Positions 1 to 12,864 of a stretch of DNA of 64,000 bases are shown one piece after another (within the stretch, counting starts at the first letter, position 1; every line of letters starts with the position of its first letter). The translations under genes were made by a program, and so were the position numbers. Source of the stretch: Octopus sinensis (taxonomy: Eukaryota). The notes under the pieces are model-generated. The model had not been told where the DNA came from. It ran no database searches and worked only from the letters and a program-made list of their open reading frames with translations. The stretch spans positions 27,342,001 through 27,406,000 of the forward strand of contig NC_043020.1 of NCBI RefSeq assembly GCF_006345805.1, in the 5' to 3' direction.

Positions 1-136
1 CGGTGGAAATAAGCCTTTTTTAAAAAAATTTCCTTCTCTCTCTTGAATTCTTCGTTACAAACAATAACTTCCTCTTCCTGGCAAATTTTTTAGTTAAGAG
101 CAAAATATGCTATAAGTGCGTGTGTGTGTATGAATG

Positions 137-190
<54 letters not shown>

Positions 191-618
191 AGCTACACAT
201 ATTTTTTATCAACTTAAATCAGATGTGGGCTGGGTCTATGTATATATATGTCTTGTGCCGCCCTTACGACACGCTGACCAGGTGTTGCTATACAACGTGA
301 CTGATATGTAATGTAAATGAACATACACACACACACACATAATACAATAAATGAATTAATTGCATTGCAATTAAAAGCATTTATGTATTAAGAATTTGGG
401 TACTTTACCAACAGTATATTGGATAAATGATATCCCATAGTGGGTTGCACCCATAACCCCTAACTTACTTGGTACTATATATATATATATATATAAATGC
501 ACACACACACACACCACACACATATATTATATAGTATTAATATTATATATTAGAATTACTATACACCCACACAACACACACACATATATATATATATATA
601 AGATATATATATCTATAT

Positions 619-654
<36 letters not shown>

Positions 655-1442
655 ATATACAGGTATACTCATAGTATAGATCTGGGAAGACTATAGTTGA
701 AATCAGGACTCTACAAACTTATGTAGAATCTATACTTTAATCGTGATAGCAAAAGTTCAGGATGCTGGTTGATATGTATTTATGTATGTATGTATGTATG
801 TGTGTATGTATGTATGTGTGTATATATATGTATGTGTGTGTGTATGTATGTATCGATGTATGTGTGAGTGTGTGAGGTTCTAAGCTATTAAATTGTTAAA
901 TTACCTACGAAAATTCATTTTTTTTCTTCCTTTATATTACCATAAGTTTACACTTCTGTCAACTTTATTATATTTAAGAAATTAACGACACTATGGTTCG
1001 TGATTAACAGTCATTAATATACATACACACAAAACAGACTGCTTTATTTTGAGTTTGCTAGTGTTAACAATACACGCAAATAAAATACAGACTTGAGATG
1101 TAGTGCCCCAAGTGAGCTATATTCCACTTCATACCTACATAAATACATACATATGTGTGTGTATGAGAGAGAAGGCATACTTTTTAACTGTAAACATGGC
1201 TAATTTCATTATGAATAAAGTCCTAATTAGTCATTCGGAAGTAATCAGAGCTGAAAGGTTTAATGTCAAGAAGTCGAGAGAAGACTAAGAATGTCGCTTT
1301 GAAAGTTTTTTAATCTTCTTTTCAAAGTTTTTTTGTGTGTTTGTTTATATATGTATATATAGTTTGTAGAAATACATAGATCCGGAGGAGAAGCACACTT
1401 TAAGGTGTAGAGCAGTTAATATCATAGTGGGGGTTACCCTGG

Positions 1443-1562
1443 GTTTCTCGCTCGTTAAGGGGTTTAGCATTACGGCGTGTCTTCAGACCCCAAACACTGC
1501 TGGAATGATTGTTTGAGGTCTGAAGACACACCGTAAGGTTAAGCCTCTTATGAGCAAGAAAC
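1443..1562. repeat. Foldback element (~54-bp imperfect arms); related copy at 41282-41378
   Basis: Both copies share CTT(C/T)AGAC(C/T)CC(A/G)AACACTGCTGG and both fold back on themselves. Confidence 0.75.
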
Positions 1563-1822
1563 TCCACAAACCGGCCTACAGCACCTTAATACACACACGC
1601 AGAAGTCAGTGGACAAACGAAATAAAAGGGCACACAATACATTTAAGGGTTATATCATTTAAAACAGGTTAGGGGGCTTTGTGAAACTTGAAGTAGCATG
1701 AAACCGAATCAGGCTGTTTTAAATAATATATATATGTGTGTATATATATATATAATATATATATATATATATGAGTAGTTGAATGAATTATCTTATTAAG
1801 GATAATTCGAATTAACCGATAC

Positions 1823-1911
1823 CTGGGTAGCAAATTCACATCAGAAAATATAAAGTTGTTGACAATTTCCTTAAGCAAGGTTTCTTTTGTTAATTCGTCG
1901 TTCAGCTCCAT
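1823..1911 (-). CDS. Candidate coding exon of an unidentified minus-strand gene
   Basis: ATG...CCCAG|gtatcg encodes MELNDELTKETLLKEIVNNFIFSDVNLLP, non-repetitive and protein-like. A second candidate exon (77 to 1, ttgccag|EEEVIVCNEEFKREKEIFLKKAYFH) runs off the window. No family recognised. Confidence 0.25.
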
Positions 1912-2451
1912 TCTTTCATATATTTATATATATATATATATATATATATCACATGAGATCGATGACCACTATGTGGACAACCCTTATGCTAGAAGTAGAT
2001 CCGCTATGGTCCTACCACTCCCATATGTATATAAGGTCATCCTTCTCATATGTATATAATACAATTTTACTGAACCTTCGGGTTTATATAGCTAGACCAC
2101 TGGTGTGAAATTGATGTTAATTAAATTAAAATCAAATTTCTCACCTTCATTTTAAATTTATATATATATATATATCACCGAAGTTAAGCAACGTCGAGCC
2201 TAGTGAGTACTTAGGTGCCCGCTTGGGAAACCTAGGCGCTGTAAGCATCTCACACTTTTAGAAGTACTCCAGCATGGCCGCAGTCAAATGACTGAAACAA
2301 GTAAAAGTTGTAAACATTAACCGAATATATTCTATGGTTTTAAGTGAAAAAATGCTATTATTATTATTATTATTATTTTTTTTTTTTAATATATATATCA
2401 CCTGTTCTAGATACCTTTTCCCTCTTCAATATTGTATCTACACACACACAC

Positions 2452-2491
<40 letters not shown>

Positions 2492-2699
2492 TATTATATA
2501 TATAACACATAAGGCAAAAAATTTGTAAGTTCGAGCAAGAGAAAAGAGTACTCAATACAAGTTATGGAAGTTTCTTTATTATTCGGGAGAAGTCAAACAT
2601 CAAATCAACGGTTAATCTGAGTTTCCTGTTTTTGGTCTCAGAACAATCGTACATAGCTAGAAACTTCTCAGTAACAAGGGCGTGATAAGCCTCCGCACC

Positions 2700-2875
2700 C
2701 TCCCCACTTCCGCGCGCGTATATATATTGTATATACACACATACACACACTCTGTAATCTTTCGCTAAAAGTCTATGAGATCCGTAAGGATGTAACATTG
2801 TGTTTCATTTAATCAACACAGCTGAACAGTAAAAATGACCCCTCTACACATATTATTTCGTGATTGACGTCACGT
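2700..2875. promoter_or_regulatory. Candidate promoter: ETS-like ACTTCCG (2706-2712) in a CpG run, plus CRE TGACGTCA (2865-2872)
   Basis: Motifs are read directly from CpG-containing unique sequence in an otherwise AT-rich background. Function is inferred. Confidence 0.3.
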
Positions 2876-3199
2876 ATTAATACCGAAATATTGCCATGCC
2901 TACCTTCATACATGGATATATGCATATATTAATTTTGTAGTATTAATTTACGGTAATATTATTACCTTTACCCATATAATACAATAGATGAACTGATTGT
3001 TTGACAATTTTTAACATCTATGTATTAATCTTGTTGGGTACCTATCTGGCAGTATATTGGATATATATTATCCCATGGTGGGTTGAATTTTCAACCCCTA
3101 TCTCATTTTATAACCTATATATATATATATATATTTTGTGAATTCTCCCTATATGTGTATGTATATATGAAACCGAATCAGACTTTTAAATTATATATA

Positions 3200-3591
3200 C
3201 AGGCGCAGGAGTGGCTGTGTAGTAAGTAGCTTGTTTACCAACCACATGGTTCCAGGTTCAGTCCCACTGCATGGCATCTTGGGCAAGTATCTTCTGCTAT
3301 AGCCCCGGGCCGACCAATGCCTTGTGAGTGGATTTGGTAGACGGAAACTGAAAGAAGCCTGTCGTATATATATATATATATATATGCGTGTGTGTGTTTG
3401 TGTTTGTCCCCCTAGCATTGCTTGACAACCGATGCTGGTGTGTTTATGTCCCCGTTACTTAACGGTTCGGCATAAGAGACCGATAGAATAAGTACTGGGC
3501 TTACAAAAGATTAAGTCCCGGGGTCGAGTTGCTCGATTAAAGGCGGTGCTCCAGCATGGCCGCAGTCAAATGACTGAAACAAGTAAAAGAG
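3200..3591 (+). mobile_element. tRNA-derived SINE family A (representative full copy)
   Basis: A-box-like TGGCTGTGTGG and B-box-like GGTTCAGTCC, central (TA)n(TG)n, tail ...GACTGAAACAAGTAAAAGAG. Other copies at ~5415-5832(+), 6068-6471(-), 7930-8358(-), 12200-12600(+), 15765-16205(-), 18862-19290(-), 25585-25968(-), 54258-54700(-), 57733-58405(+), 58722-59048(+), 62275-62490(-) and 63635-64000(-). Confidence 0.9.
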
Positions 3592-5589
3592 TATATATAT
3601 ATATATATATATCTCCGAAGTTAAGCACTAAGAAATGTAAACAAACTAACACCGGTTGTAGAGTGGTAGCAGAACAATCACAGACACACATGTGCAGCAC
3701 AATGCACATGTGTATATACACATATATGCATAATACACATATTTACATACTCAACGGGCTTCCATACAGTTTCCATCCATTGAGGTCACTTGCAAAACAT
3801 TGGTCGGCTCGGTGCTGTTGCAGAAGACGAATGCCCAAGGTACCACACTGTGGGACTGAACCTGAAACCATGCCGTAAAGTTGTGAGTTTGATTCCCTTG
3901 AGCAAGACACTTTATTTCACGTTGCTCCAGTTCACTCAGCTGGCAAAAAATGAGTTGTACCTGTAATTCAAACAGGGCCAGCTTTGTCACATTCTGTGTC
4001 ACACTCTTTAAGAACCCTAAATGTGCGCGGCTTTCAATTGGCTAAAATTACCCCAAATTTGCAAAGCGGACTTGATTTCAGCCTCCATCAAGGAGGGCTC
4101 TGCTCCTGCTCTAAGTTATGCAAACAACCAAAATACTGGTTTACTTGATGTTGCGTTTACCAAGTTTTGACATAGTTTCAATCTATGAATAAAAGTATAG
4201 TGTGGCGATGATCAAGTTTGCTGTGAATGTGCACTTGGATCAGCTGATCTGTCGTTCACTCAAAACCAATGACATCACAAAAAAAAATCTTTTCGACCCT
4301 TTAGAATTGGAATGTTTGAAAAGTAAAAATTTTGCATTATGTAGATTGTTATTCTCTTTAAGGGAACATTTTTCTGGTTGAAATACGCCGAAAAATGGCG
4401 ACACAGCAGTCAAAAAATCATAAAAAGTAGGGGTTTTCATAGAAAAAAAGCACCTTTTTGATGTAAATAATTTTTGGTCTTAACATGGTCTGATTTGAAT
4501 TTTTTCTTCTACGGAAAGAAGAGCAAGCCTTCTTCTATCATACTCTCAATTTTGGTCTACTTGCGCCGCAGGGTCTCGGAGGAGTTAGTGTTAGTTGAAG
4601 GCTACCAAACCTGCCGCACACACAGACAACTTCAGCTTTATATATATAGATTAGCATGTCCTATAACATCAATATTCTTTTAACCAATATCGGGTATCAG
4701 TCTTGATTGTAATTATTATACATTTTCTATAAATCATCTGATTGATGTTAATAAGGTATATATACTTTATTATGGGTTTAGTGATTAGGCTAATCTTTAT
4801 TCCTTTACTACGGTGCTCTACCCTACCTGATCATTTTATTATTGTTTAATAACCTCTGATAAATCTAATTTTTGTACCCCTATAAATTCATACTTAGCTT
4901 ATATAAAACAATACCAGTATCTCCACTACTTAGAATAATTTAATTTAATTAAATTAGTATATATTTAAAATGTTCTTCAGCCTCAGTACTCCTTTATTAA
5001 ATATCAGTAAAATCCAATTGACCAATCTCCATAGAAACCATATAATAAGTTAATATTTAGATAAATAATTTGCATAAATATTAAACTATTTCTATGTAAT
5101 TTCTTTTCCTCCCTCTATTGTGGTAAAATTTGGTAAATACTCAAAAGTATTCGAAGAAATTTTATCCTTTTGTTATAATAATTTAGTGGGGTTATACAAA
5201 AATACCATGACCAACCCTTTGCTTGTCCTGTTCATCATGTGACACACTGGACATATTTCCCTGGTGTCCATGCATCAGATATGATACACACATTCCCAGT
5301 TTTCTCAACCACCAGCATAACTTGGGACTTATGAAAGGAAAGCTTTATATTAATCAGAACGTATGAAACACGGGCTAACTAAATATCTCAAAACAAGCAT
5401 GGAGGTATAAGGTATAGGCGCAGGAGTGGCTGTGTGGTAAGTAGCTTGTTTACCAACCACATGGTTCCGGATTCAGTCCCACTGCGTAGCACCTTGGGCA
5501 AGTGTCTTCTGCTATAGCCTCGGGCCGACCAAAGCCTTGTGAGTGGATTTGGTAGACGGAAACTGAAAGAAGCCCGTCATATATATATG

Positions 5590-5620
<31 letters not shown>

Positions 5621-6865
5621 TTGTGTGTCTGTGTTTGTCCCCCTAGCATTGCTTGACAACCGATGCTGGTGTGTTTGTGTCCCCGTTACTTAGCGGTTCG
5701 GCAAGAGAGACCGATAGAATAAGTACTGGGCTTACAAAAGAATAAGTCCTGGGGTCGATTTGCTCGACTAAAGACGGTGCTCCAGCATGGCCGCAGTCAA
5801 ATGACTGAAACAAGTAAAAGAGTAAAGAGTAAGGAGAAATCTTATGATGAAGCTTTAGACTGGTAACGGATTAAGGACGAACGGCTGACCTCAAAGTAAC
5901 GGTTCTCAGTCTTTTAATATTTCTTTTGTCCCTACGGACCGGTTTCATGGTGAGACACTTTTCCCACGGACAGGGTCCCTACAGACCGGTTTCATGGTGA
6001 GACCCTTTTCCCACGGACAGGGAGATCATGTGCATAAGAATAAACTGCATGTTATTTAATTATTTTTTTCTTTTAGTCTTCTACTTGTTTCAGTCATTTG
6101 ACTGCGGCCATGCTGGAGCACCGCCTTTAGTCGAGCAAATCGACCCCTCCAGGACTTATTCTTTGTAAGCCCAGTACTTATTCTATCGGTCTCTCTCGCC
6201 GAACCGCTAAGTGATGGGGACGTAAACACACCAGCATCGGTTGTCAAGCGATGTTAGGGTGGGGGTGGCGGGACAAACACATACATACACACATATATAT
6301 ATACATATATACGACGGGCTTCTTTCAGTTTCCCTCTACCAAATCCACTCACAAGGCTTTGGTCGGCCCAAGGCTATAGTAGAAGATACTTGCCCAAGGT
6401 GCCACGCAGTGGGACTGAACCCGAAACCGTGTGGTTGGTAAGCAAGTTACTTACCACACAGCCGTTCCTACACATATAATAGAAATATCTTTTATTCTTT
6501 CAGTCTCTAGACTACAGCCATTCTGGGGCACCTCCTTGAAGAAATTTGAGTCAAGCATATTGATCCCTGTACTTACTTTTTTGAGGCCTGATACAAATCC
6601 ACCCGAGTGGGATTCCGTTGATTCCTTCCCTTTCCTGGCAAATTCTATAATCACTCTGTTGACCGTGACAAGAAGAGTTCCAAGGGTTAGTCCATTCTTA
6701 CGCTGGCTAAGTCCACCTTCACATTGACCAATATCATGCACCTTTTTTTTGAAAAACAAACAACGCCTTTGCTTCTGGTGTTTGCTGCATGACTAATTGC
6801 TGTCAATAATTAATGAACTATAATTTGAAATGAAAAATAATTATACAGTAGCAAGTTTGACGGTG

Positions 6866-7110
6866 GAGGCGCATGGCTTAGTGGTTAGGGTGTCAGCATC
6901 ATGATCGTAAGATTGTGGTTTCGATTCCTGGACTGGGCGATGCGTTGTGTTCTTGAGCAAAACACTTCGTTTCACGTTGCTCCAGTCCACTCAGCTGGCA
7001 AAAGTGAGTAATGCTGCGATGGACTGGCGTCTCGTCCAGCTGGGGAACACATACGCCATAGAAACCGGGAAACCGTGTCCATGAGCCTGGCTAGGCTTTA
7101 AAAAGGGCGA
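6866..7110 (+). mobile_element. tRNA-derived SINE family E
   Basis: A box TGGCTTAGTGG, B box GTTTCGATTCC, body CTTGAGCAAAACAC...GCGATGGACTGGCG. Partial copies at ~3880-4010 and ~7490-7680. Confidence 0.75.
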
Positions 7111-7210
7111 AAAAAGAAAGTTTGATGCATCAGATTGTGTCCACATACATAAAACAGCATAACGTGAGGTATTTTATTTACTGAGTTCCAGCAGAAGGCC
7201 GTCTCTTCAG

Positions 7211-7465
7211 TTAGTATATGCTGTCATGAGATCTCAAGTGGCTAGCAAGTCTGGCTTTGGGACAAACAGGACCTGCTGCAGATGTTACAAACATTTTCAG
7301 GCAGGAAAGTGTCTGTGATTGAAGTCAAATCTTGTTTACGAAGTTTCCGTTTCAAGATGGATTCTTCGACTCTCCATCTGTCAAATGCTTTTTGGTCATC
7401 GTGGACCACTTCTTTTCAAACCGATCGATTTCGCCATCAACTGCTGTCACTCTTCAACATACACA
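7211..7465 (-). mobile_element. Non-LTR retrotransposon C-terminal fragment with C2H2 finger (RTE/RTEX-like)
   Basis: KEVVHDDQKAFDRWRVEESILKRKLRKQ...CNICSRSCLS, then after a +1 frameshift KARLASHLRSHDSIY*. Confidence 0.6.
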
Positions 7466-8836
7466 CTTAAGAATATTAAAATTGCATGACCAAGTCGTTG
7501 GGGTGTTACACTCACAGTTGCGAGATCGTGGGTTCAATTTGTAGATCGGGTGGTGTGTTGTGTTCTTGAGCAAGACACTTCATCTCATGCTGCTCTGCTA
7601 TCACATTGACACTTGATGCGTGGTACACTGTGCACCTGGCCAGGCAACATCGATTTGATGGAGAGAGCGAGCTAATGTACATCAGATACATAATTGATGT
7701 TAGGGATTTAATGGCTGGATTAGATAATCATTAAATAAAATAAAATAGAATAAAAACAACAACAACAAAAAGACCAAACGAACAAACAAATAAGTCGATG
7801 GATTTCCATTGGTTTTGACATATCATCCGGAAAATGCTGAACACACGTTGTGTCCGACGGGAAAGCTTTATTTGTTTCCCTGTTTTCCGATGAACTCTGC
7901 GGAGTCTTCTTTGTTTTTCATTCTTACTCTCTTTTTACTCTTTTACTCTCTTTTACTTGTTTCAATCATTTGACTGCGGCCATGCTGGAGCACCGCCTTT
8001 AGTCGAGCAAATCGACCCCGGGACTTATTCTTTGTAAGCCCAGTACTTATTCTATCGGTCTCTCTTGCCGAACCGCTAAGTGACGGGGACGTAAACACAC
8101 CAGCATTGGTTGTCAAGCAATGCTAGGGGGACAAACACAGACACACAAACACACACATACACACACATATACATATATATATATACATATATACGACAGG
8201 CTTCTTTCAGTTTCCGTCTACCAAATCCACTCACAAGGCATTGGTTGTCCCGGGGCTATAGCAGAAGACACTTGCCCAAGATGCCACGCAGTGGGACTGA
8301 ACCCGGAACCATGTGATTCGTAAGCAAGCTACTTACCACCCAGCCACTCCTGCACCTATTCTTTTCTTATTTTTTTTCAATTTGTAAAGGTAAAAGATGG
8401 ACTCCCTGTATGTGTATGTGTTTGCATGCACACAGACACACTAAAACTTTTCTACGAATTCTAGAGTGAACCCCCCCCCCCACAAACAAATAAAAACAGG
8501 ATCAAAAGTCAGTGTGTGTGTGTAGTGCACAATGGATATGATGGATTAAAAATTAACTGTGTATTGATCTTCGTGCTGATGTCCTGATTCTGATGCTATA
8601 GAGATATCCATTCGTCCGTAAACAAACTTCAAACTGTTATGGATTTAATGGCTGAATTACATAATCGTTAACTAAAATAGAATAAAAAATAACAACAAAG
8701 AAAACCCCAACAAACAAACAAACAAATCGATGGATTTCCATTGGTTTTGACATATCATCCAAGTTTTTTGATCAGGAGAACATAAGTGTATATGTGTTTA
8801 ACTGATCGAAACTCGGACACATGCGTACCCTTAAAC

Positions 8837-9037
8837 CAGTGGTTTTCAACCAGGGTTCCGCCAGTACAGTCCAGGGGTTCCGCAGGAAGTTACAAAACTG
8901 CTAAAATCGGCAGTAATTTTTAATTCTCCTGTGCAGATATGTGTGCATAACACTATTAAATTATTGCACAGGGGTTCCTCGAGCCAGTGGAATGTTTCCT
9001 TGGGGTTCCGCTCCAGCAAAAAGTTTGAAAAGCACTG
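8837..9037. mobile_element. hAT-type MITE (201 bp)
   Basis: TIRs CAGTGGTTTTCAAC / GTTTGAAAAGCACTG. Perfect 8-bp TSD CCTTAAAC at 8829-8836 and 9038-9045. Confidence 0.9.
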
Positions 9038-9184
9038 CCTTAAACAATCGACTCCAGTGCTGTCTTAGGGCTTGTGCACGCTGGTGGTGGGGTATGCACA
9101 GTTGCCTAGGAACCTCATGGATCTCGGGGGGCCCATTTCCGTTCTTGTAATACTGTGACTTGTTAATGAATAAATATTATCAGT

Positions 9185-9597
9185 TTCTTTATTGCCCACA
9201 AGGGGCTAAACACAGAGAGGACAAACAAGGACAGACAAAGGGATTAAGTCGATTACATCGACCCCAGTGCGTAACTGGTACTTATTTAATTGACCTCGAA
9301 AGGATGAAAGGCAAAGTCGACCTCGGCAAAATTTGAACTCAGAACGTAATGGCAGATGAAATACCTATTTCTTTACTACCCACAAGGGGCTAAACACAAG
9401 AGGACAAACAAGGACAGATAAACGGATTAAGTCGATTATATCGACCCCAGTGTGTAATTGGTACTTATTTAATCGACCCTGAAAGGATGAAAGGCAAAGT
9501 CGACTTTGGCAGAATTTGAACTCAGAACGTAACAGCAGACGAAATACAGCTACGCATTTTGCCCGGCGTGCTAACCATTCTGCTAGCTCGCCGCCTT
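9185..9597 (-). mobile_element. tRNA-derived SINE family B with internal ~184-bp tandem unit
   Basis: Head AAGGCGGCGAGCTGGCAGAA...GAGTTCAAATT, core GCCTTTCATCCTTTCGGGGTCGAT. 23-bp TSD at 9159-9181 and 9598-9620. Other copies at ~14585-15010, 16570-17175, 24250-24610, 29648-30490, 36625-37030, 41717-41950, 52925-53850, 56985-57185, 59290-59505 and 62495-62625. Confidence 0.88.
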
Positions 9598-11331
9598 CTT
9601 GTTAATGAATAAATATCATCGGGGCCCTAATGCATTAATTTCTCCAAGACCTTCATGGATCAAGGGGCGCATTTATTCTCTATGTATGCTGTCAGTGAAT
9701 AAATAGTCTATGGGGTGGCAGAGTGATTTGTTCCGGGTCCTCACATGTCTAGGGGTCTACTTATGATCTATGTATGCTGTGGTTTGCTACCAATGAAAAG
9801 ATACTGTAAGAATACTATAGGGGCCGGTCTAATGCATTGACTTGTTTAGGGGCCCAATTCTGATCTGTAAATACAGTGGCTTGCTGTCAGTAAATATTAT
9901 AGGGCTGGTGCAGGAAATTAATTTGCTCGGAGGCCTCACGAATCTAGCGGTCCACATGACCTATGTATGGCTTGCTGTCAATGAATAGATCCTATAGCGT
10001 CCAGTTCATTGTGGATCTAGGGGCCCAATTATGATCTATGTATGCCGCGGAGTGCTGTCAATAAATAGGGCCCAGATTACTGCAATGCTTCCTCGAGACG
10101 CCAGACTGGGTGATCGCAGTGGTAGACCCAACTTAGGCGGAGGCAGGGGAATCTGAGGGGTGCGTGCTCCTCATCAAGAAAGGAAGTGCACCCTTCTGAA
10201 TAATGTTGTAACGCCTTTTTCTCCTGGAATTGTAATCCCTTCTGACCGTGTGCCCTCCTTTCGAAAAATTCCTGGGACCATGCCTAGATCGAACTCGATA
10301 TCACACGATAGCGAGAACTGCTTGATTACACACACAAGGTATCACTAGAATAAGTACACCGGTACTTATTCTATTGGTGTCTTTTGTCGAACCGCTAAGT
10401 TACAGAGGCGTAAACACTCTAACACCTATTGTCAAGCGCTGGTGGCTGGCACAAACACACACACACGGCGCCGGGACCTATTGTAGAAAACGCAGGTCGA
10501 AGGTGGCGCGCAAGTGGGACTGAACCCGAAACCCACGTGGTCGCCTAGTGAGCTTCGTAATCCCACGCCCAACCGCTCGCTCCTTTCCCAGCCGTGTTCT
10601 ATTGAAGTCAAATCAAATTGATACACGTAGGATATTAGTTTCTCATGCCGCCGCCTCACGTAGCGAAAATAGGACTTGATTTACTGCTCTCACCCCCTCT
10701 CTCTCTCTTTCTTTCTCCATCTTTCTCTCTCTTCTCTGTCTGTCTCTGTTTCTCTATCTACCTGTTTCGCTTTATCTCTCTCTCTCTTTTTCTATCTATA
10801 TATCTCCATCTCTTTCCCTTTCATTCACTCTTTCTGTCTGTCTCCATCTCTCTCTCTCCTCTATCTCTCTTCTCTCTCTCTCTTCTCTCTCTCTCTCTCT
10901 CTCTTTCTATGTATATATCACCATCTCTTTCCCTTTCATTCTCTCTTTCCTTCTGTCTGTCTCCACCTCTCTCTTTCTTTCCTTCTCCATCTCTCTCTCT
11001 CTGTCTATCTACCTGTTTCGCTTTATCTCTCTCTCTGTCTACGGAACTATGCGACCCTTCCCCCCCTTTCAGATACATCAAACTTTGTCACACTATAACT
11101 TTGGTAAAAGTGCATATTTTAGATAAAAAATGTTTTCGGGTGCATTTTAGCTGGTATCAATTAAAATGTCGAGAAATGCGAAAAAATAACAACACACAAA
11201 AAAGTCGATGTTTTTTCCCTCCACTTCTGTCCTAACTTTGTTTTTCTCAATAATCTTGCATGAATTCTTTTTTTTTTTTCCGTTTCACTTTTCAGTGAAA
11301 TTTTTCAGAGATACATTTCAGAAGGTGTTCT

Positions 11332-11746
11332 GGCGATCTTTCGTCTCTAGTAGACCTTTCCGTCGATTTCCGTAAAAAATTTTTTTTTTTTTTACATATG
11401 GGCTTGCGGGAACTTTTGAAGTAATATACATACATATACACATACACCGAGTAAAAAATTTCAGTTATCTCTCTCTTTCACACATTACTCTGTCTCTTCA
11501 CACACACTAACAGAAGCACTTCACTTACACAACATACTGTCTGTCTCCCACACCCCATCAAACACACACACATGTACATCAATGCTTCCCATGCACGGTA
11601 ACTTCAAAAGAATTTCCCTCGTCATACAATCGCTTTCTCTTAGTCTCTTTCGCTTTCATTACTTCAAAAGTTCCCGCAAGCCCATATGTAAAAAAAAAAT
11701 TTTTACGGAAATCGACGGAAAGGTCTACTAGAGACGAAAGATTGCC
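11332..11746. repeat. ~90-bp inverted repeats (11332-11425, 11658-11746) flanking a 232-bp core
   Basis: Arms are reverse complements. The adjacent 11830-12170 has a homolog at ~60735-61050. Confidence 0.75.
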
Positions 11747-12372
11747 GGTGTTCTTAACGGTTATGTGCAGGGGGAAACTCAAAAAGACAACAAAAACCCA
11801 GTTTTTTTTTTAAGGATCCTAGGCGCAGTGTCGAGCTGTTATTTTTAGCACGTCTCACGACCACCTCATACCGTCCTCGTTTGCCACTGCCGTATTTGAT
11901 GTTTCTCAATATATTTCTCCCCATAAACACATTTAATGGTTCATTGCTGGGATTTAAGCTAAAAATTCGGACTGTCCGTATAATAAACTGTGGCTTAAAA
12001 AAAAACAAAAGTTCGAACATAAAAAAATAATCTTTTTTGCGTGATTGTATGATTTCCCGTGCGTAGAACACAAATTCGTAAGGTTTTTCTAGAAATTCGA
12101 AAAGATAAAAAAAGTAATGAGTGGTTATATGGAGTGCTTAAGGCAGAATCCCATCAAAATATGCTTAAAAATATGTTACATAAAAATGTCCACACTTGAT
12201 GCAGGAGTGGCTGTGTGGTAAGTCGCTTGTTTACCAACCACATGGTCCAAGGTTCAGTCCCACTGCGTGGCACCTTGGGCAAGTGTCTTCTACTATAGCC
12301 TCGGGCCGACCAAAGCCTTGTGAGTGGATTTGGTAGACGGAAACTGAAAGAAGCCCGTCGTATATATGCGTG

Positions 12373-12407
<35 letters not shown>

Positions 12408-12864
12408 CTTTGTCCCCCCCCCCACATCGCTTGACAACCGATGCTGGTGTGTTTAAGTCCCCGTAACTTAGCAGTTCGGCATAAGAGAATGATAGAATAA
12501 GTACTAGGCTTACAAAGAATATGTCCTGGAGTTGATTTGATTGACTAAAGGCGGTGCTCCAGCATGGTCACAGTCAAATGACTGAAACGCGTAAAAGAGT
12601 ATCATCATCATCATCATCATTTAATGTCTGCTTTTCATGCTGGCATGGGTTGGACAGTTTGACTGAAAACTGGTAAGCCAGGGAGCTGCACCAGGTTCAG
12701 ATCTTATTTGGCGAGGTTTCTAGGGTTGGATGCCCTTCCTAACACCAACCACTCTAAGAGTGTAGTGGGTACTTTTACGTGCCACCGGCACAGGTGCCAA
12801 TGACCTCACACCAGCATCGGCCACAACTACAGTCTCACTTGGCTTGGCAGGTTTACACAAGCCT

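Noticed and set aside
3200-3280. SINE heads as tRNA genes
   Set aside because: They have A/B boxes but no complete cloverleaf and continue into SINE bodies.
6451-6759. 102-aa minus ORF
   Set aside because: Partly overlaps SINE sequence, no recognisable domain, no convincing splice sites.
7703-8760. Local ~125-bp duplication (7703-7828 and 8641-8760)
   Set aside because: AT-rich and diverged, with no structure or coding potential; ordinary local duplication or repeat remnant.
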